Source: Nitrososphaerota archaeon (GTDB taxonomy: Archaea > Thermoproteota > Nitrososphaeria_A > Caldarchaeales > Calditenuaceae). From it: a stretch of DNA of 64,000 nucleotides. Shown here piece after piece: positions 29,463-37,948 of this stretch (position 1 is its first letter; each line of letters opens with the position of its first letter). The notes below the pieces were generated by a model that was not told the DNA's origin, searched no databases, and was given only the letters and a program-made list of their open reading frames with translations. Both the position numbers and the translations under genes were made by a program. Where the stretch lies: positions 1,216,001-1,280,000 of the forward strand of contig JBEPYO010000001.1 in assembly GCA_041641295.1 (NCBI GenBank), read 5' to 3'.

Positions 29463-29593
29463 TCCTCTATATAAGTTAGTGGCTACAACAACTGGTAGTC
29501 CACCTGCCCAAGTATTTACAACATATATACACACAACCCGTTAATACGACACATTTAAATCATTAAAACACATAGCATTGGTCGGTGATAGGA

Positions 29594-30079
29594 ATGCTAG
29601 CACTAGAGCAGGAAAAAGGTCTAACAACGGCGAGTAACAGGAAAATACTTGTGTATGTTGACGGGACAGGCAAGGATGTTAAGGTGCTGGAGGCCGCAGC
29701 TAAGATGGCCATAGAAGAGGGTGCAGAACTTGTCATAATGACGGTTCTGAAGAAGGTTAATAGGGTTCCCGACGAATTTATTAAGTTCGTCAACTCCGAG
29801 AGGTTTACCGACCCTCCACAATACCTCTACTACCAGTACCTTGGTAGGGCAGTACTAGAGCCCTATGTCGCAGTTCTAAGGAATATGAACGTACCCTACG
29901 AGGTTCAGATAGAGTTCGGGGACAAGAAGGAGAGGATCGAGGCCGTCGCTAAATCAATAAAGCCGTACAGGGTTGTCATGTCGGTGAATGGCGGGACACG
30001 GAGGCAGTTCTTTGGTCTCCCGCTCTTCAGGGCTGAGGGAGGCCTCAAGCTCGATTGCCCCATAACGCTGATACCGTAG
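29594..30079 (+). CDS. Universal stress protein (UspA) family
   Basis: KILVYVDG, AELVIMTV, FGD..E.I; GGTGA SD before the ATG. Confidence 0.8.
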   Translation: MLALEQEKGLTTASNRKILVYVDGTGKDVKVLEAAAKMAIEEGAELVIMTVLKKVNRVPDEFIKFVNSERFTDPPQYLYYQYLGRAVLEPYVAVLRNMNVPYEVQIEFGDKKERIEAVAKSIKPYRVVMSVNGGTRRQFFGLPLFRAEGGLKLDCPITLIP

Positions 30080-30126
30080 AAAGAGAATAGCCATCAGCTA
30101 CGATAGAACTCCACGCACCTTTTAGT

Positions 30127-30381
30127 TTAAGGTGTTTTTATTTTAAATTCTTTTCCCTCACAGTCCACAACGCCCTGCACACGCCTGATGAATGAGACGC
30201 AGTTGTAGCACATCAGGAATGCGACGGCCTGACCGGCTACCGGGCACTCCACGTACTCCTTCTTCATCTTCGCTATCATCTTGTTGCTCAGAGATTTCTT
30301 CAGGCTCTCCACAATGCTCTGGTCTACCTTAAGCGCCTTCTGAGCCGTCTTAACCTCTACACGGTATTGTGGCGACCTCAA
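30127..30381 (-). CDS. Small Cys-containing hypothetical protein
   Basis: VECPV...MCYNC...VDC. TATA-like TTTATTAT about 30 nt upstream of TTG 30381; alternative start 30420. Confidence 0.65.
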   Translation of the reverse strand: MRSPQYRVEVKTAQKALKVDQSIVESLKKSLSNKMIAKMKKEYVECPVAGQAVAFLMCYNCVSFIRRVQGVVDCEGKEFKIKTP

Positions 30382-30501
30382 ATCCTGCTGGCGTGATTGC
30401 TGAGCCGGATAATAAATCATCTGCTATACATCGCGCTTCCATGCGCTGTGTAGGGCTCAGACTGTGTTGCAATGTTAATGTTTATATATTGACCAATAGC
30501 T

Positions 30502-30627
30502 ATGTTCAGGCACAGGCGAAGGGTGGTAGTTATTGCTTGGGGCTCTGAACTAGCTCCGTACATCCCATGTGTCGCCGCCACTACTGAAATCTCTGCTCCC
30601 TCCCTTCGCATTCTCCTTCTCTGGTGA
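30502..30627 (+). promoter_or_regulatory. Putative leader peptide / attenuator of the leu-ilv operon (41 codons)
   Basis: MFRHRRRVVVIAWGSELAPYIPCVAATTEISAPSLRILLLW*. Alternative pairings of 30598-30609 with 30516-30526 or with the SD region 30626-30634. Confidence 0.5.
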
Positions 30628-30636
30628 GGGTGGGCT

Positions 30637-32172
30637 ATGAGCTGGAGAAGTTTCTTGGAGGGGGTATATGCTCTTCCGAGTCGTGTATTCTTCTTCGATA
30701 CTACGCTGAGGGATGGTGAGCAGACTCCGGGTGTTGCGTTGCGCGTGGAGGAGAAGGTGTTGATTGCTGAAGCACTCTCCGACTTGGGAGTTGATGTGAT
30801 AGAGGCGGGTTTCGCCGTAGTCTCGCGGGGCGAGTATGAGGCAGTCAAGAAGATATGTGGCTTGGGGCTGAGCTCAAAGATATGCTCCCTAAGCAGGTGC
30901 GAGAAGAGGGATGTTGACGCCGCTGTCGACGCGGGCTGCGACTGGGTCCACGTATTCATAGCGACCTCCGAACTCCACATGAAGTATAAGCTGAACATGA
31001 CGAGGGAGCAGGTAGTTGAGCGGGCTGTTGAAATGGTTGAATATGCGAAGAGCCGGGGTGTTGTAGTCCACTTCTCGGCTGAGGATGCGACGAGAAGCGA
31101 TCCGGAATTTCTGATGGAGGTATACCGGCGCGTAAGGGATGCGGGGGCTGATAGTTTAGACATTCCTGACACCGTCGGTGTCGCTGTTCCACACGTTATG
31201 AGGTCGCTTGCCAGTAGGGCGAAGCGTGAGACTGGCCTGCCTATCGCAGTCCACTGTCACGACGATATGGGCCTAGCCACGGCTAATACTTTAGCCGGCG
31301 TAGAGGGTGGCGCGGAGATAGTGCACGTCACAGTGAATGGGATTGGTGAGCGGGCTGGAAACACGAGTCTGGAGGAGGTCGCAGTCGCCCTCAAATTCCT
31401 CTACGGAGTCGAGACTGGGATAAGGTATGAAAATATTGCGAAGGTCTCGAGGCTCGTAGCCCGGTTGACAGGAATACCAGTCCCCAAAAACAAGGCCGTC
31501 GTCGGGGAGCACGCCTTCTCCCACGAGAGCGGCATCCATGTACACGGGGTGATCAATAACCCCGCCACATATGAGCCAATCATGCCTGAGCAGGTGGGTA
31601 TGAGCAGGCGGATCATCATCGGTAAGCACTCGGGGGCACACTCGGTCAACATGATTCTAAGACAGTATGGCTTCGTCTTAGAGACTGGCGAGGTCAGGGC
31701 TGTACTAGAGAGGGTGAAGAATGTTGCCGACTCTGGTCATAAGCTGAGCGATCAAGAACTGCTGCAGATTGTAAACGAGGTCGTCGGGTCGAGGGCCGTG
31801 AGGCCTGTAGCTTTAAGGGGCTTCCAGCAGATTACAACCGAGTATGGCGACAGGTGTGTGGCCGAGTTTGAAGTTAACGGCGAGACGCTACGCGTCGAGG
31901 GGGTTGGTGACACACCTCTTAAGTCTGCGATAGACGCTTCGCTGAAGGCGTTTACCAACATTTTAGGAGATATTAAAATCGTTGACTACTCTCTCTTTGC
32001 ATCACCATACGAGGATAGACACCCCTACGAGGCCGAGGTCATCATAAAAGTTAATGGAAACACTGTTGTCGGGAGGGGGATTGGCAAGACGAGTGGACAC
32101 ACAATACTAAACGCGGTATCTAATGCAGTTAATCAATACTTGCTAACCCAGTCGCGGGGGGTGGGGAGATGA
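30637..32172 (+). CDS. leuA: 2-isopropylmalate / citramalate synthase (DRE-TIM)
   Basis: DTTLRDGEQTPG, EAGF, PDTVG, HCHDDMG, GERAGN, HESGIH, C-terminal regulatory domain. Cannot separate leuA from cimA by eye. Confidence 0.85.
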   Translation: MSWRSFLEGVYALPSRVFFFDTTLRDGEQTPGVALRVEEKVLIAEALSDLGVDVIEAGFAVVSRGEYEAVKKICGLGLSSKICSLSRCEKRDVDAAVDAGCDWVHVFIATSELHMKYKLNMTREQVVERAVEMVEYAKSRGVVVHFSAEDATRSDPEFLMEVYRRVRDAGADSLDIPDTVGVAVPHVMRSLASRAKRETGLPIAVHCHDDMGLATANTLAGVEGGAEIVHVTVNGIGERAGNTSLEEVAVALKFLYGVETGIRYENIAKVSRLVARLTGIPVPKNKAVVGEHAFSHESGIHVHGVINNPATYEPIMPEQVGMSRRIIIGKHSGAHSVNMILRQYGFVLETGEVRAVLERVKNVADSGHKLSDQELLQIVNEVVGSRAVRPVALRGFQQITTEYGDRCVAEFEVNGETLRVEGVGDTPLKSAIDASLKAFTNILGDIKIVDYSLFASPYEDRHPYEAEVIIKVNGNTVVGRGIGKTSGHTILNAVSNAVNQYLLTQSRGVGR

Positions 32173-33902
32173 AGGCCAGCGACGCCTTAGTCAAGAAGAT
32201 GGAGGAGCTGGGCGTTGAGATAGTCTTCGGCATCCCGGGCGGCGCTAACCTGCCACTATACGACTCCCTTTACGACTCAGATATCAGGAGCGTGCTCGTG
32301 AAGCATGAGCAGCAAGCCGCCCATGCCGCTGAGGGTTATGCCCGCGTCAAAAAGAGGCCCGGAATAGCCCTAGCCACCTCCGGCCCAGGGGCGACGAACT
32401 TGATAACAGGCATCGTGAACGCCTCGATGGATAGCGCACCCCTAGTAGCCATCACGGGCCAGGTAGTCAGGTCCTTTATGGGTACAGACGCCTTCCAAGA
32501 GGCAGACATAGTCGGCATGGTACTCCCCCACGTAAAATACGCCACAGTTGTCGTCGATTCGTCGAGGCTCGTGAAAGAATTTGTCAATGCCTACCGGTGC
32601 GCCATAAGTGGGCGGCCTGGGCCAGCTCTGATAGATATTCCCAGGGATGTTCAACAAGAGGACGTGGGAGATTACGAGCAGCTCGACGACTCTGTCGAGG
32701 AGAGATTCATCAAACCTGCCCCACAGCCCGATGACGGCCAGTTTAGGAGAGCTGCTGAGCTCTTGGCAGCCGCTCAGCGTGTATGCATATTGCTGGGTGG
32801 TGGGACGTACTTCAGTGATGCCACAAGAGAGGCTCTGAAACTCTCTGAGCTTCTCAACGCCGCCGTGATCGCCACCACACCGGGGAAAACAGCCCTCATC
32901 GAAGACCATCCAAACGTCCTAGGGGTGGTTGGAATGCATGGACGCTTCGAGTCTAATCTCGCTGTCATAGACGCTGACGTCATATTGTGTGTCGGTACTA
33001 GGCTCTCAGACAGGGCCATCGGCCCGCCAACAGAATTCAGGAAGGGCAGAAAAATCATCCACATAGACATTGACGGCAGCGAGATTGGGAAGAATGTTGT
33101 CCCCGACGTAGGTATTGTCTGCGACGCCAAAGTAGCCCTAATGAAGATACTGGAAAACCTCTCAGCGCAAGACATCAAGCCTAAGGATCCGGGATGGGTC
33201 TTGGGCCTCAAGGAGATTGGCCGCAGTTTTGACGATTACATGTTTAACCAAGCTGATGGGAGCAGGCTATCGTCTTGGAAGGTTGTCAAGACTATTAGAG
33301 ACGAGCTGCCTAGGAATGCCATAGTGACTACAGGGGTGGGGCAGCATCAGATGTGGTCACAGCTCTTCTTCAAAGTTTTAGAGCCCGGTACCTTCATCAC
33401 GAGCGCGGGATTGGGTACCATGGGCTTCGGCCTTCCAGCAGCTATGGGTGCCAAGGCTGCAGCCCCAGACAGGATAGTCCTCAACATGGATGGGGATGGT
33501 AGCTTCCTGATGACTTGCCAGACTCTCGGAACCATCGTCGAATACGACCTCCCCGTTATCACGGTGATCTTCGACAACCGCTCGCTAGGCATGGTGAGGC
33601 AGTGGCAGGACCTCTTCTACAAGAAGAGGTTCAAGGATGTTGACATCGAGGATAGGACAAACCTAGTCAAGCTCTCTGAGGCCTTCGGGGTTGAGGGTGT
33701 CTTCGTTGAGAGCTATGAGGAGTTGAGGACCGCGCTTAGGAGGGCCATCAGAAACAATGAGGCCCTAGTCATAGACGTGCCTATCGACAAGGACGAGAAA
33801 GTATTCCCAATGGTGCCGCCCGGAAAGTGGCTTGCGGACGTCATCCTCCCACCGGGGTTCAGCTCCTATGTCGAGGAGAAAACTACTAGTCCGGCTAAAT
33901 AA
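32169..33902 (+). CDS. ilvB: Acetolactate synthase large subunit
   Basis: FGIPGG, HEQ, TSGPGATN, AFQE, GMHG, GLGTMGFG, GDGSF, GMVRQWQ. Confidence 0.95.
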   Translation: MKASDALVKKMEELGVEIVFGIPGGANLPLYDSLYDSDIRSVLVKHEQQAAHAAEGYARVKKRPGIALATSGPGATNLITGIVNASMDSAPLVAITGQVVRSFMGTDAFQEADIVGMVLPHVKYATVVVDSSRLVKEFVNAYRCAISGRPGPALIDIPRDVQQEDVGDYEQLDDSVEERFIKPAPQPDDGQFRRAAELLAAAQRVCILLGGGTYFSDATREALKLSELLNAAVIATTPGKTALIEDHPNVLGVVGMHGRFESNLAVIDADVILCVGTRLSDRAIGPPTEFRKGRKIIHIDIDGSEIGKNVVPDVGIVCDAKVALMKILENLSAQDIKPKDPGWVLGLKEIGRSFDDYMFNQADGSRLSSWKVVKTIRDELPRNAIVTTGVGQHQMWSQLFFKVLEPGTFITSAGLGTMGFGLPAAMGAKAAAPDRIVLNMDGDGSFLMTCQTLGTIVEYDLPVITVIFDNRSLGMVRQWQDLFYKKRFKDVDIEDRTNLVKLSEAFGVEGVFVESYEELRTALRRAIRNNEALVIDVPIDKDEKVFPMVPPGKWLADVILPPGFSSYVEEKTTSPAK

Positions 33903-34098
33903 CTCCTACGAGGCTGTCCTGAAGCTCTTGCTCTTCGCAAAGCAAGGGCGGCTAGTGTTAAGCGAGTTTCATCTAAAATCTGACGACGGCGAACTATCGG
34001 CCGAGCTGGTTGTGGAGGGGCCGCCAGAGAAGATCGACTGGTTCGCGAAAAAGGCCAGCGGCTCACCCCTAGTCATAGAGTGTAAAAGTCTCGAGTAG
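33868..34098 (+). CDS. Stand-alone ACT-like protein (candidate AHAS regulatory subunit)
   Basis: 76 aa from ATG 33868; beta-alpha-beta-beta-alpha-beta pattern; overlaps the end of ilvB. Confidence 0.6.
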   Translation: MSRRKLLVRLNNSYEAVLKLLLFAKQGRLVLSEFHLKSDDGELSAELVVEGPPEKIDWFAKKASGSPLVIECKSLE

Positions 34099-34106
34099 CA
34101 GGCGGT

Positions 34107-34379
34107 ATGTCTGGAGGGCTTGTTGTTAGGCTCTTATTCAAAGGGTTGGGGAACGCGATTTCTGCTGCGCGGCTAGTCGGAGAGTTGGAGGGCGTGGAGG
34201 TTAGAGCTATATACATCGGGCGTGAAAGTGTTGAAGAAATGTACGAGGTGGTGTTAGAATTGTCAGCGAGCTCGCAAGTGGTCAACGAATTCTTAAGAAC
34301 CGTGTCATCGAGTAACGGCTTCATAGAGGCTTGTGTTGAGGACTTGGACGCCCGGATCATATGGGAGGGGATCAGGTGA
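34107..34379 (+). CDS. Second stand-alone ACT-like protein
   Basis: 90 aa between ilvB and ilvC with ACT-like hydrophobic periodicity. Confidence 0.6.
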   Translation: MSGGLVVRLLFKGLGNAISAARLVGELEGVEVRAIYIGRESVEEMYEVVLELSASSQVVNEFLRTVSSSNGFIEACVEDLDARIIWEGIR

Positions 34380-34385
34380 AGAGTC

Positions 34386-35366
34386 ATGGCTAGGGTCTAC
34401 TACGACTCCGACGCCTCTCTCAACCCTCTCAGTGGAAAGCGGGTTGCAGTGATCGGTTATGGAAGCCAAGGCAGGGCTCAAGCCCTAAACATCAGGGACT
34501 CCGGGATAGAGACTGTTATCGGACTGAGAGGGGAGGGCAAGTCGTATGAGGCGGCGGTCAAGGATGGGTTCACTCCTATTCCGATAGAAGAGGCTGTCCG
34601 GATATCCGATGTTATCTTGATGCTAATCCCCGACGTGCCCATGCCCGAGACATATAAGAATTATGTCGAAAACAGCCTGACACCCGGCAAGACACTTGTC
34701 TTCGCCCACGGATACAATATACACTATAAGAGAATCATTCCTCCGCCCTACGTAAACGTGGTCCTTGTAGCACCTAAGGGCCCCGGCCCGCTCGTGCGGC
34801 AGAAATACCTCGAGGGGCGCGGAGTCCCCAGCCTCATAGCAGTCCACCAAAACCCCACAGGCAACGCGAAGGAGATCGCCCTAGCGATTGCCAAGGCGAT
34901 TGGCGCAACTAGGGCAGGGGTCATAGAAACGACATTCCAGGAGGAGACCGAGACTGACCTTCTCGGGGAGCAGGCAGTTCTGGTCGGCGGAGTCATGGAA
35001 CTCATCAAGAAGGGGTTTGAATTCTTGGTCGAGAACGGATATCAGCCCGAACTCGCCTACTATGAAGTCTGCAACGAGCTAAAACTCATAGTGGACCTGA
35101 TATACTCGGGAGGTCTGATGCACATGCTCCGCTCCGTCTCCGACACTGCCAAGTTTGGCGGCCTAACAATCGGCCCCCAGATAATCGACGAGACCGTGAA
35201 ACAGAAGATGCAGGAGGCTTTGAGGAGGATAAAGTCTGGCGAGTTCGAGAAGATGTGGACCGGAAACCCCAACGCATACAAGATCCTGGAAGAATTGATG
35301 AGGAAGACGGAGCAGCACCCGCTCGAGGTCGTGGGAAAGAGACTCAGGGAAATGGCACTAATATAG
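34386..35366 (+). CDS. ilvC: Ketol-acid reductoisomerase
   Basis: IGYGSQG, FAHG, APKGPG, ETETDLLGEQ, SVSDTAKFG. Confidence 0.97.
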   Translation: MARVYYDSDASLNPLSGKRVAVIGYGSQGRAQALNIRDSGIETVIGLRGEGKSYEAAVKDGFTPIPIEEAVRISDVILMLIPDVPMPETYKNYVENSLTPGKTLVFAHGYNIHYKRIIPPPYVNVVLVAPKGPGPLVRQKYLEGRGVPSLIAVHQNPTGNAKEIALAIAKAIGATRAGVIETTFQEETETDLLGEQAVLVGGVMELIKKGFEFLVENGYQPELAYYEVCNELKLIVDLIYSGGLMHMLRSVSDTAKFGGLTIGPQIIDETVKQKMQEALRRIKSGEFEKMWTGNPNAYKILEELMRKTEQHPLEVVGKRLREMALI

Positions 35367-35399
35367 CAACTACACAAGTGCATCGCAGTGTTAAGAAGC

Positions 35400-35519
35400 G
35401 CCGCCAATTCAACCCTCCCAGCATTTCTGCGACATCGTTTGAAGTGAAGGTGTTTGGTCCGAAGATCCTGTATAGTCTAGCGTATAGTCTTCCGAGTTTC
35501 TCGGGAGCCGCTCGGTCAC
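35400..35519 (-). pseudogene. Fragment of a wHTH DNA-binding protein (AbiEi-antitoxin-like N-terminus)
   Basis: GTG-TERL(P), then a one-base shift into EKLGRLYARLYRIFGPNTFTSNDVAEMLG; the sequence degenerates afterwards. Confidence 0.35.
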
Positions 35520-35552
35520 TCGTTACAAATATTGTGACGCCTGTATAGGGAT

Positions 35553-35759
35553 CTATTCTAGGACCTTCTCCACTCTGCCCAGAATCTTTGCCTTACCACC
35601 TGTAGGCAGGGCTAATGGCTCCCCACACACGTTGCAGACAACCCTGATCTTTGCCGTATCGGGGAAGATCTGCTTGTTGCCGCACTGGAGGCATGTGACT
35701 AGGAGGAAGCGGCTCCTAGGCCTCGGGATTAGGCGCTCAATGATCTGCTCTCTCGACAA
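35553..35759 (-). CDS. rps27e: 30S ribosomal protein S27e
   Basis: PRSRFLLVTCLQCGNKQ...CNVCG.PLALPTGGKA. Confidence 0.95.
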   Translation of the reverse strand: MSREQIIERLIPRPRSRFLLVTCLQCGNKQIFPDTAKIRVVCNVCGEPLALPTGGKAKILGRVEKVLE

Positions 35760-35769
35760 GCCTGATCAG

Positions 35770-36048
35770 TCACCTCACTATCTCGAGTTTTCTCAGCCTT
35801 ACTCCTTCCCTCATAGACTTTCTACCACACTTGGAGCACGTCAAGACTAGGGTCTTCTTATCCGTCGTCTTGGCCTTATTCCTCTGAATCGGATACTTCT
35901 GGCCACCATATCCTCTCAGCTCCCTCTCATGCCTCCTCGCACCTATGGCTAGGCCCCTCTCCTTACCCTTCTTATAGAGGGCTACTTGGTGCTCGGTATG
36001 CTGGTTGCATTTGGGGCAGTAGCTGTTAAGCTTCGGCGGAACCTTCAT
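35770..36048 (-). CDS. rpl44e: 50S ribosomal protein L44e
   Basis: YCPKCNQHTEH, GYGGQ, KAKTT, CSKCG. Confidence 0.96.
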   Translation of the reverse strand: MKVPPKLNSYCPKCNQHTEHQVALYKKGKERGLAIGARRHERELRGYGGQKYPIQRNKAKTTDKKTLVLTCSKCGRKSMREGVRLRKLEIVR

Positions 36049-36204
36049 GCTAAAAGAGATGTGGAGGGGGCTGGTTTTTTAATATTATGCGGGTGGAGCG
36101 ACGGGGGTCTGGTTTTCCCCCGATCAAGGTTCTACGGATTGTTTCTACTACACGTTTTAACGCTTTTAAGTACGGTGGGGTTCTAGGCATGTAGTGGCGG
36201 CTGG

Positions 36205-37308
36205 TTGAGGAGGGTCGGGAGGACGGAGCTGCTGCTGGTTGAGGGCGGCGTCCCCCACTACCGGGAGATGGTAGTGCTGGGGAGGGAGATCTCCCGGCTC
36301 ATCGTGGAGGAGTATGGCCCAGATTTCTTGGTGGAGAGGCTCTCAGACCCTTTTTGGCTCAGCTGCCTCTCCTGCGTCCTCGGCTTCGAATGGAATACGT
36401 CTGGCCAGACTACCGTCACACTCAGGGCTTTAAAGGATGCCCTCAGAGAAGGTGAGCTGGGGGTCGTCGTGGTTGGCGGTAAAGGTGGGGCGATGAGGGA
36501 GACGCCCCACGAGCTTAGTGAATACCTGAAGCGAATTGGGAGAGAGGATCTTGTCCCCCAGCTGGTGAAGGCGTCGATGATGAGCTGTAAAGTCGACAAC
36601 AACGCTATCCAAGACACCTACAATATTTATTTCCACTCTATAGCGGTCTCGGACTCCGGCTCCTCAGCCATAATCAATCAAGGAATGAACATTGAAGCAC
36701 AGACGGCTAGGAGGTATCAGTGGCTAGGCTCGAGCATTAGGGTCGAGGAGCCCCACACCTCCATTTCCTCCGAAGTGGTGGAAGAGGTTGTCCTAGACCT
36801 GACAAGTAGGGAGTCGAGAGAGTGTAGGGATTGTATCCTCGACGTTTTGAGGGACTCCCCAATCGGGACGATACAATCAGACTTCGCAAGGGTGAGGAGC
36901 ATCCTAGCCGGGCAGGCTACGCTTGATGAGCGGCCTTCTAGTGATGCTTGGTCTAAGAACGCCCACTTAAAGCCTCCCAAAAAGCTGGACGAAGCAATCC
37001 TGCGTAAGGCTAAAGAGAATGCTGAAAGCTTCGAATCTCTCCTACTCTGCGAAGGGGTAGGACCGGCGACGCTCCGAGGGTTAGCCTATATCTCGGAGCT
37101 GGTTTATGGTGCTCGGGCTTCTTGGAAAGACCCTGCAAGATATGCCTACGCCTTCGGGACTAAATCGGGCCGACCATACCCCGTTGATAAACGCGCCATG
37201 GTCAAGGCGGCAGAGACCATAAGACAGGCCCTAGAATCCAAGGACTCAAGCGCCTCGCGGATCATGTTAAGGCGGCTCGGCACACTGCTTGGTAGATTGG
37301 AGGTGTAG
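36205..37308 (+). CDS. DUF763 family protein
   Basis: RLSDPFW, LGFEWNTSGQTT, KVDNNAIQD, QGMN, ARRYQW, GVGPATLR, YAFGTKSGRPYPVD. Confidence 0.85.
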   Translation: MRRVGRTELLLVEGGVPHYREMVVLGREISRLIVEEYGPDFLVERLSDPFWLSCLSCVLGFEWNTSGQTTVTLRALKDALREGELGVVVVGGKGGAMRETPHELSEYLKRIGREDLVPQLVKASMMSCKVDNNAIQDTYNIYFHSIAVSDSGSSAIINQGMNIEAQTARRYQWLGSSIRVEEPHTSISSEVVEEVVLDLTSRESRECRDCILDVLRDSPIGTIQSDFARVRSILAGQATLDERPSSDAWSKNAHLKPPKKLDEAILRKAKENAESFESLLLCEGVGPATLRGLAYISELVYGARASWKDPARYAYAFGTKSGRPYPVDKRAMVKAAETIRQALESKDSSASRIMLRRLGTLLGRLEV

Positions 37309-37314
37309 TTTGGA

Positions 37315-37890
37315 TTGTCTGGGAAGACAATATATGATGAGGTTGTTGAGATCTGGAGTCTTGAGAGGACTTCGAAGAGTCTGGTCAAGATCTCTGAGGA
37401 TTGGATAAAGAGGCTTAAAGAGTATGCAGAGGAGCTCAAGGTCCGTCTGAGGCTGGCGGTAGACCGCGATAGCATACATTCAAGACTCTGCGAGAGGGAG
37501 TTGGAAGTGCTCTCAACACTTGTCTCAGATATCTTTAATGTTCGGCTGGAGAAGATCGTGAGGGCCGCCATAAGAGGGGAGGCTGTTGAAAATCTCCTCC
37601 CCGCCGAGAGCAGGCTCTATGAAAGCCTCCTCAAATCCCTAACAGTCTACAGGGAATATATCGAGTACTGTTCCGAGACACTTGACCTCACGAGGGAGCT
37701 TACAGAGGCCGTCGACAAGGTTGTGGTAGAGTTTTTGAAGGATGCGCCAGCAATAGTCGACGCTGATGGGGTTACGAGGGGCCCGTTCCGTGAGGGTTCC
37801 ATCGCGTCGCTGGATCACCGAACCGCAGACCTCCTAGAGAGGGGCGGCTATGTTAGACGACTCCCACTCATTAGGGGCGCGTCTCCCTAG
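37315..37890 (+). CDS. GINS complex subunit (Gins15/Gins51 type)
   Basis: Helical A-domain (RLEKIV, NLLPAE) followed by a beta B-domain (VEFLKDAPAIVDADG..RGPF). Confidence 0.85.
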   Translation: MSGKTIYDEVVEIWSLERTSKSLVKISEDWIKRLKEYAEELKVRLRLAVDRDSIHSRLCERELEVLSTLVSDIFNVRLEKIVRAAIRGEAVENLLPAESRLYESLLKSLTVYREYIEYCSETLDLTRELTEAVDKVVVEFLKDAPAIVDADGVTRGPFREGSIASLDHRTADLLERGGYVRRLPLIRGASP

Positions 37891-37948
37891 GCATGGGCGG
37901 AATCACGTATTTGTATTAGGGTCAGTTAGGCATTCTTAGGACCAGGAA

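Noticed and set aside
30417-31172. 251-aa minus-strand ORF
   Set aside because: Antisense to leuA with Ser/Thr-rich shadow composition.
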